15,168 nt of DNA from Azolla caroliniana (lineage: Eukaryota; Plantae; Polypodiophyta): NCBI GenBank assembly GCA_043228905.1, contig JBHGNT010000813.1, positions 1 to 15,168 of the forward strand, read 5' to 3'. The position numbers and the translations under genes were made by a program. This document shows, in pieces, positions 1 to 7,524 of the stretch. The notes beneath the pieces were generated by a model, which saw nothing but the letters and a program-made list of their open reading frames with translations, did no database searches and had not been told where the DNA came from. Numbering within the stretch: position 1 is the stretch's first letter; every line of letters begins with the position of its first letter.

Positions 1-230
1 GGATTTTTTGCATAGCAAAATGGGACAATTGAGGAGGTAGTGCATTGAGTCACTTGATAAACGAGTAAGATACATACATGCACGCAGGGATCGATCGTGC
101 ACGATTAGAGTCAGTATCTGATTTGGTGCAAGGAGTTAGGGACGAGAGAGCACATCCATTGGTTATAATGTCACGTCCCGAGACAAACACTAGAACAAAC
201 ATTTGGCTTATATCCGCTTTCACCTTTCCT

Positions 231-344
231 ATGTATTCATGTATGATGTACGTACGTACGTATGTATGTGTGTATGTACGTATTGTATCATGTATGTATG
301 TATGTATGTATGTATGTATGTATGTATGCATGCATGCATGCATG
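231..344. repeat. Compound microsatellite: degenerate TATG/TACG, then (TATG)9(CATG)4, upstream of Tic22
   Basis: Read directly; pure TATG at 293-328 and CATG at 329-344. Confidence 0.95.
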
Positions 345-430
345 TGTGAATGTAGATTCACATAAGCCCCGCTAGAGTAGTAGCGTCGAGAAAACTGAAG
401 AATCAAGAAGCCATTGCCATAGCCATAACC

Positions 431-922
431 ATGGCTTCTTCTTCTTCTTCTTCTTCTTGTAGCTATGACGGAGTGTCAGGATTCCTCAAGGCGCGAAACT
501 CTGCAGCGAAAGCTCTGGATCCGTTGAGGAAACACGCGGAGAATCTTATCTCCTCCGCCAAACTAATCCTAGAGAACAATTTCCCCCCGAAGCCGTCAGC
601 GAACCGTCAGTTTCCACAGAGCTTCTTCTCTTTCGACCTTTCTAAGATTCTTCTTTCGCCATGTCCGCAGAGATCGATGAGAAATCATCGCAACGGACCC
701 TTGTTCGCTTCTTTAAGTAGTGGAAGGATTGAAAGGGAAGGAAAACACTTGTTTGATGTTGCTCTTAGCACTGAAGAAATATCTCAGAAATTAGATGGCG
801 TACCTGTATATGCTGTTTGTAACAGTTCTAGCGAGTTTGTTCTGGTTTCCGATTCCTCTAGTCAGAAATCGTTGGGAATATTTTGCTTTAGAAGGAGCGA
901 TGCAGAAGCTCTCCTAGATCAG
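431..922 (+). CDS. TIC22: Tic22 exon 1 (164 codons: presequence plus start of Tic22 domain)
   Basis: ATG at 431; donor CAG|GTATTA at 922/923. The ORF-track tail VLASSPSALFQI is read-through into the intron. Confidence 0.93.
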
Positions 923-3900
923 GTATTAGCGTCCTCTCCCTCCGCTTTGTTCCAAATTTGAGACTTTCCAAATGTAGCAGAAATGTAGTTCTTCTTCTTA
1001 TAAGAAGAGGTCCTTTACAGGCCTTTTAAAGAAAATATGTCTTTCAACTCCATGTTTGTTTGGTAATAATACAAGTGATGATAAAAAACTAGGTGAAGAC
1101 ATAGTAAATTTATAGTGGCATTTTGTCCAGTTCATTTTTTTTGTCAAGGACAATAACTCAAGAGAATTCTATAAATATTGTAGAGAAATTCCTCTTGTGA
1201 GGTTATCATCGAATCATGTTTAAACAAGCATGTCTTTCAAATCCATGTGATAGTAACTCTAGATTATTTTGTAAAAATGCTAAGTTGCATGCTTTTTAAT
1301 GGACAGTAACTCAAAGAATCTGAAACTTTGCGTGGTTTGTTCTAGAAAAGTAAACTTTGTGCTGTGAGAGAAAAAGAGGAAGTTTCGTAAATCCAAGTTT
1401 CTAGTACAAACTAATGATGATAAAACTGGGTGGAGATGTTAATGTTAATACCAGTATTTTTTCCACTTCTGTCATTTCTCGTGGGTGATCAATCTTAGAA
1501 ATGATAAGAGTTGCATCAATTACGTGCTTGAAGAATCTGAAACTTTATGAACATGGTAGAACGTATCTCTTGTAATGAGTGAAACATTTCAAGTCCGTTT
1601 CGTTACAAGGCCAAATGATAAAACCAGGTGAAGAATTTACTTTAATACCATTATTTCATCTGCATTCTGTGACAAGAAACTTTGGGAACTTTGTAAATGT
1701 ATTAGAAATGTAGTTCTTCTGAGATAAAGAAGTTTTAACATGTTACCTTGATAATGTAAGTGATAGTAAAACTAGGTAAAATTTATATATTCAAGTTCAT
1801 CTCATTAGAGATTATAGAGGTTCAACAGTTTTCATGGAGAATAAGCTGAAGAATCAGAGACTCTGTGAATGAAGCACAAAGTATCTCTTGTGAGAACTTG
1901 TCATGGTCATTGGTAATCTAAGGGATGATAAAAACTTTGGTGATACCATTAATTCATCCTCTAATATTGGAGCTTCCTTTTGTTACAGTTGCATAATTTC
2001 TTTGTAGAAATAAGATGAAAAATCTTATATTTTTTCATAAGATTAGGTTATCATTTTTCCAAAGACTCTGAAATATTGTAAAGGCATTAGATAATAATGC
2101 ATTTTTTGGAATAAAGTCTTCTGAATTAATTTCTGTTTGGTAATCTATAAAACTAGCTGAAGATGTTATGTTTCATTCCATTATTTGATCCAGTAATGGT
2201 TTAAGTTCATCAAAATTTAGAGAGAGAGGAGAAGGTATTTTGGGAGGTTCATGAAAAATGTGTTGTATTCTGGAAACTTTCCTAACATTTTCCTGTAATA
2301 TATTAAACGTTTTCAAGACTGTTTTCCCTCCTTTTCTCATTATAAAAAATTTGATTATATGGCATTATAATAGTACATGATTGCAGGTCAAAGCTAGAGA
2401 ACCACTTGCAGGCCAAGGAGCCAAAGTTGTTGCTGTTTCTCTTAACAAGGTGATCGTCTGGTTATGACTTCTTTCATGAAATGTAATATACAATCAAAAT
2501 CCTATGTGTTTTTATGTACTTTAAAATGCAGGTTTATAACCTCAATGCTAAAGGCATAGCATTTAGATTCTTGCCAGATCCACAACAAGTGATGAATGCT
2601 CTTCAGGTCGTACATTTGATTCTTCATTTGGACTTAATTTGTATGATTTAACCTCATCGCATATTTATCAGGCTTTTTGAATCCCTATATTGAATATTCT
2701 TCCATTTTGAAAAGTTTGCAGCTAAGTGGAAATACCAAAGAAAAAGGTATATCATTTGATGGAGTGCCAATCTTCCAGGTATGAAGTGAATCATGTTCTT
2801 TTCACTTGTGTGTGTTTTCCTCTTATTGTTCTGAACCTAGTGTACTTCTCTAGAGTTTTGAAAGTCATAGTAAATTGAGATTGACTGATGTTGTCGTTTC
2901 TTATTTTTTGAGAATTGTTTTTGTTAAACACTTGCTGTCGTTTTATTCCCTGCACTTTTTCAGTGGCATTAGAACAAAGGTCAAGGATACATCATCCAAG
3001 TTAAGAGTACCATCTAGCAATTAGATACTAAATGGAAAAGGCATTGTGTCCACCAAAATGTGAAAGGGCTATAGGGCAAAATACTTTTGTATCCGCAAGA
3101 TTTGTTCCAATGCCACCAGAATGCTAGAAAGAGTGAAATGTATGGCAAGGGCTTAACATTGGTTGAGAAAATGATTATGTGATAGCTGTCTAAGATCAGC
3201 CCAAAGACAGTCATTATATGATTAGATAATTTCAATCGGTCATGCTACATTTTTTTATTTTGTTAATCATATTTCTTTCTAGAAAATGGGCACTAATTAA
3301 GATTTTTTGAAGCTTAATGTACTAAATAAGGTTGTAATTAGGAAACATTCATTTGATAATTAGGAAAATTAGAAACAACTTTCACTCATTATTAATTGTA
3401 ATTTAAAACTCGTTATTTGTCACTCTTGTGTGTCCTCAGTTCTTGCTTCCGTTGCAAGTTTTCTTACATTACCAATGGTTGTGCACTAGGATCTAGGGTT
3501 TTTTAAGTTAGGATTTACTCCTCGATCAGTATTTCTGCTAATTCAACATGCCTTTCTCTATCTATGCAGCATATGAAGTATCATTCCATGCATAGTTCTA
3601 GAAGCTTCATAAGTACCCATTTCCCTATCTTGCCTTATCTTAGCAGAGCAGACAAAATTCAATCATCTCGTAGATCTTCGGGAATGAATGTAGCTGAATG
3701 TATACATGATGGCATTACAACATTAAAAAAATCACGTGGTCATCTGAAAAGATAGTAGAAAGAAGGTTGACACTCCACAAACCTCTGTACTACTCAAGGA
3801 CCACTCCTACCTAGATGTTGTCACTTAATATATTCTATTGTATAAGCTTGGTTTGAGTCAGGTGGAGGTTGCAATTCAATTACATTCGTGGAAGGATTCT

Positions 3901-4764
3901 TCTCTAAGCAAAGGTGTTAACCTTAAAAGAAAATTTGTGTTGCACTGTCTTTGAATGAACAATTAAATTCAACTATTTTATAAAGAGTTCCATGTTACTC
4001 ATCACTTCAATATGAAAATTCCAACTGATTTTATTATCAATAGTTGCTGTTGATTCAAGATTTTCTGCGTGCAAAATTTGAACCTCATGGATATTTTTAA
4101 TGACAGTCTAATAACTTGATTGTGAGGAGTAAGGAGGTTCGACTTTGTCCAATCTTCTTTTGCAAGGTGCAAGATACATTATCCTTTTTTCCATTTTTTT
4201 GCTCTATGAAAATAAAACTAAAAGTTGAATGTTACTCTTGATGGAGCCAAACTTCAGCGTGGACCTCAACTTGATTAAAATTTTCTAAATTTGTCTTTGC
4301 TATTCCCAGGAAGATTTAGATCAAGCACTTCAAAAAGCATCCAAACTACAGAATAAAGCTAATCCTTCATTTCAAATGGACACTGAAATACAGGTAGAAT
4401 TTTCTTGGCTAATTCCTTTACATTAAATTATAATTCAGGTCCAAAATTTGTGCTATGCACATGAAATCTGTTATTTTCCTCACATTTCTTTTAACAGTTA
4501 CCAGACTAATTTTTCCATACAAATCTTAGGTTGGCAGTTTTGAACACGTGGTCAAGAGAATGGAGGTATTATGCTAATAAATAATTGTGATTCTGCTTCT
4601 AAAACTGTTAGGAAATCATTTGCAGACTCCATGACATTTAATGGAACTATAATAACATACAGGGTATTGTGGACGAAGAGGGATGGAGAGAAGTAGTTTT
4701 CATCCCCCCAGGTATGGCCACACTTGGGCAATTGGAGAATATGAGCAGGACAACTGTTGGGTGA
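431..4764 (+). CDS. TIC22: Tic22-family chloroplast intermembrane-space protein import component; spliced CDS join(431..922,2387..2449,2532..2606,2722..2778,4107..4166,4310..4393,4530..4565,4663..4764), 322 aa
   Basis: Exons were assembled by hand with canonical GT..AG boundaries and give an uninterrupted frame. The protein has Tic22 motifs: KLDGVPVYAVCNSSSEFVLVS, SLGIFCFRRSDAEALL, AKVVAVSLNKVY, GIAFRFLPDPQQV, FDGVPIFQS, CPIFFCKEDL, IQVGSFEHVVKRME, GWREVVFIPPG. The ATG is in ACCATGG context and the N-terminus is Ser-rich, like a presequence. Confidence 0.95.
435..458 (+). repeat. (CTT)8 coding microsatellite giving a poly-Ser run at the Tic22 N-terminus
   Basis: Read directly: ATG GCT (TCT)7 TGT. 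Confidence 0.9.
950..2290. repeat. Highly diverged tandem repeat, unit roughly 150-220 bp (about 170 typical), about 7-8 copies, in Tic22 intron 1
   Basis: Motif TGATAAAACTAGGTGAAGA recurs near 1075, 1415, 1616, 1761, 1924 and 2147, with a weak copy near 1250. Motif GAATCTGAAACTTTGT recurs near 955, 1165, 1316, 1533, 1685, 1851, 2064 and 2269. Confidence 0.8.
2387..2449 (+). CDS. TIC22: Tic22 exon 2 (VKAREPLAGQGAKVVAVSLNK)
   Basis: Acceptor TTGCAG|G, donor AAG|GTGATC, 63 nt in frame. Confidence 0.92.
2532..2606 (+). CDS. TIC22: Tic22 exon 3 (VYNLNAKGIAFRFLPDPQQVMNALQ)
   Basis: Acceptor ATGCAG|G, donor CAG|GTCGTA, 75 nt; conserved FRFLPDP motif. Confidence 0.94.
2722..2778 (+). CDS. TIC22: Tic22 exon 4 (LSGNTKEKGISFDGVPIFQ)
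   Basis: Acceptor TTTGCAG|C, donor CAG|GTATGA, 57 nt; conserved FDGVPxFQ motif. Confidence 0.92.
2961..3118. mobile_element. Possible decayed MITE (imperfect terminal inverted repeats)
   Basis: 2963-2990 matches the reverse complement of 3089-3116 at 22 of 28 positions, and 15 of the outer 16. The left end starts CAGTGG, as many hAT TIRs do. No target-site duplication found. Confidence 0.4.
4107..4166 (+). CDS. TIC22: Tic22 exon 5 (SNNLIVRSKEVRLCPIFFCK)
   Basis: Acceptor TGACAG|T, donor AAG|GTGCAA, 60 nt; conserved CPxFFxK motif. Confidence 0.92.
4310..4393 (+). CDS. TIC22: Tic22 exon 6 (EDLDQALQKASKLQNKANPSFQMDTEIQ)
   Basis: Acceptor TTCCCAG|G, donor CAG|GTAGAA, 84 nt. Confidence 0.92.
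4530..4565 (+). CDS. TIC22: Tic22 exon 7 (VGSFEHVVKRME)
   Basis: Acceptor TCTTAG|G, donor GAG|GTATTA, 36 nt; conserved VGSxExVxxxM motif. Confidence 0.9.
4663..4764 (+). CDS. TIC22: Tic22 exon 8 (GIVDEEGWREVVFIPPGMATLGQLENMSRTTVG-stop)
   Basis: Acceptor ATACAG|G; conserved GWxxVxFIPPG motif; TGA at 4762-4764. Confidence 0.88.
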   Translation, partial: GIVDEEGWREVVFIPPGMATLGQLENMSRTTVG

Positions 4765-5701
4765 ACCTTGTGAGTATGTTAATTTTCTCTCTATATTTAT
4801 ATCTATCTCGTTTTATTTATGATGTGTGATTTTGAGAGGATCTTCAACATCAATACATGATCTTCCAAAGACTTTCTGATGTGTGCACCAAGTCTAGACT
4901 TTCCTTGTAGAGTGAACTTTATGTGGTAAAGTTGATTGAAATCAATGTTTATTTTCTGCATCTGTTAAGCAGTTGGTGGTGAAGTTTGAGATTACCATCT
5001 GTATAAAATGCCCTCTTGGACTTAATATTGAATACTTCCAGTCTTTGTGTAATGATGTCCTTTCATGCATCCCTAGGTGTTTGAAATTTCCATTGTTTCT
5101 GTATGCACTAGCTAGGCATATGGTGGCTAACAGGGGGAATGTTTGAGATCACCATTACCATCTTTTTGTCTATTCCTCTTGATGTACTTTGGATGCTGAG
5201 AAATGATGATGTATTGCCTGCACCCCCACATTTTAATTCTTGCTGGATGCGAGTCTCAGTACCGAGGCAAGTATCCTCTTGACTCTCATAAAAACCATAA
5301 TAGTGGCATAGAGTAAGAGTATGTAGCTTACTTAGCTTGTCTCCAAGCCATCAGTCATACAGGAATTGAGAAAACTCTGAAATTATCATTTGTTCTTTTT
5401 TTCCCCCCTATGGTCTGTAAGATTTGAATTCACCAAATAATCAGTGCACATACAATTAAGAAAAATGGGATAATTGATCATATAATTTTTCAAAAAAACT
5501 TCCAAATGCTAAAGAGTTGTTGACAAGGGAGTTTGGGGTATAACGAAAACATATGGACATCTGAGGCATCTGGGGAAATAAAGAAAAAGTAAATTCTATT
5601 TCAGAGTTTTTCCATACATTTAATATGGGAATTAAATTTGTCTTGTAGAAGTTGCCTTATCACCTTAAAAGCTAACATTGAGTTTACTATTTGTTCTACA
5701 G

Positions 5702-5749
5702 AAAGGAAAAGAGAATTCTTAGTGAAGAAGAATTCATGAGGGGTTCCAG
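5702..5749 (+). other. Candidate 48-nt non-coding exon downstream of the Tic22 stop (UTR exon)
   Basis: Branch-point-like CTAAC at 5672-5676, T-rich tract, acceptor TTCTACAG at 5701 and donor CAG|GTGCAC at 5749/5750. It would pair with the donor GTGAGTA at 4770. Confidence 0.45.
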
Positions 5750-6329
5750 GTGCACATGATATGGTTACTTTTTTAAAAACGGGAGAGATCTAGTTCCTGG
5801 GAATTCTGTAGGATTTTTTTTGGAGTTAATACACAGCCACATTTTCTGTACAAAAAGAGGGAGAAACAATTCATTTAGAGTTGCAAGGGTTTAGGGTTTA
5901 GTATCACTCCTTTTTTTTAAGGAACACATGGACTCTATGTGGAAAAATGTGGAGCACATCAGTGAGTATATCTGGCATGTATAAGTTTAAAATTTGAACA
6001 CCATGGCTCATATCCTTCATTTCAATCATTGAGTAAATGCAACTCCAAGAAATGGATTGTTATCATCTTTCTTATATTGAGGATCTATGGTATTGCTATT
6101 GTTGTAAAATTTCGTGTATTCATTTTAGCATTTACTTCGCAATAGATTGTGCTAGATAAAGCCAGCTCCTATGTTGTTTATGTATTTGTGTACTTCGCAT
6201 TTACGATGAGACCATTGCATTGTGAGATGCATACTCTTATTGGGTTTCATTCATTTGAGCATTGAAAGTTCATTTAGCTAATAATATGCATGTGTGCACA
6301 TCTTAATTGGTACTTTGGTCATTCTATTA

Positions 6330-6511
6330 GACATGGATTATAAAATAGAGTCTAGACAGTAAATGTCTATGTTGTATATCATCACATGCTCATAAGCATA
6401 GAACATTCCTTTGGAAATGCGTGTGTTGATTATGTGTGTGGTGTTGGTTGGACATGCATTATTGAGAGTAAATGTCTATTTTGTAAATCATAACATGGCC
6501 ATGGGCATGAA
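6330..6511. repeat. Degenerate direct duplication (offset about 109-121 bp)
   Basis: AGTAAATGTCTATgTTGTAtATCATcACATG at 6358 versus AGTAAATGTCTATtTTGTAaATCATaACATG at 6467. GACATG.ATTAT precedes both (6330, 6451). Confidence 0.8.
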
Positions 6512-7260
6512 TCTGGAAGAGTTAGCACAGTTACTAGTCCAACTTGTAGTTTATAAAATATAGTTTCTTAATAAGTACCTCTAATTGCTTTTTGTACTGT
6601 ATTATATAATACATGAGGGTACACAACTAGTTACATTTTCACATGGCATTCCCCTTTCAATTATGTGCATTCACCCACAAACCAGAGGGTAGCCCCGTTA
6701 AAGATATGGCCAAGTTAAAGCACATGATAATAATAAAACTCTCTTCACACAGGCAAATAATTATGTTATTTGGAGGGTGCTTGTCTCCTTGTTGCCCATC
6801 ATACATAACATGGGGTTTTTATGTTGACAATTGCTAAAACTAAACAAAAAATCAATCATCATAATTGATACTATCATTTAGTTAACACTCAATTAAATGA
6901 GAGAAGCATTCAAAATGAAGTCAATGTGTTGCCAATTAAACATTTTTATCTCATATTGAGGCTACCCCACTACTAATATGAGTTACTCAAAAGGAAGAAG
7001 ACCACAAGATTGAACTTTTTGTAGACTTGGGTGACCAAAAGCATATAGCAAAATGAGGCAAAAAACCTATTCCAAGTCACTAGTTTAGACAGATGTACTT
7101 ACAACACATAAATTCATTCCTTGCTGGAACTATACCAGATCAGAAGCCCGTACAATCAGTTAGTGCATCAAGTGTGATCTATTTCTTTGAATTAGTCTGC
7201 AAAAAAAGGTTTTAAACCTCCCTTTTTAACCATCATTACTTCTCTACAACATACTTACAC

Positions 7261-7279
7261 TGTGTGTGTGAGAGAGAGA
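7261..7279. repeat. (TG)5(AG)4 microsatellite immediately before ATG 7280
   Basis: Read directly. Confidence 0.8.
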
Positions 7280-7370
7280 ATGTTAGAGCATGTGGAGTCT
7301 GGAGATCATTTCCTCGAGTGCAGATTCATGTTTTCAGACGGTTTTAGAAGATGTCCCTCTTCCTACAAAG
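7280..7370 (+). CDS. Candidate upstream coding exon of the PPR gene (MLEHVESGDHFLECRFMFSDGFRRCPSSYK; alternatively an internal exon 7338-7370)
   Basis: ATGs at 7280 and 7328 are in one frame. The donor AAG|GTAGGC at 7370/7371 is phase 1 and joins the acceptor at 7524 in the PPR frame (G|AG = Glu). An internal acceptor TTTTCAG| also exists at 7337. Confidence 0.5.
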
Positions 7371-7524
7371 GTAGGCAGAGAAGACGATGAAGTTGTAGAA
7401 GTGGATTTTACAGACACTATAATTGTGTGCTTTTACCTTACCGAGAGAGATTGAAAGAGAGTTTTAATGCATATTAGCTCTACGTCTCCATAGCTTAAGT
7501 CATGAAATCTCTTGTCTGCTGCAG

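Noticed and set aside
50-406. ORFs 50..406 (-) and 78..365 (+)
   Set aside because: They are open because of the stop-free TATG/CATG microsatellite (HTYI and CMYV repeats); no protein-like features.
923-961. C-terminal 12 codons of ORF 431..961
   Set aside because: Read-through into intron 1; Tic22 homology continues at exon 2 (2387).
950-2290. Intron 1 repeats as a CRISPR-like array
   Set aside because: Eukaryotic intron, highly degenerate repeats, intervening sequences are themselves homologous, and no cas genes.
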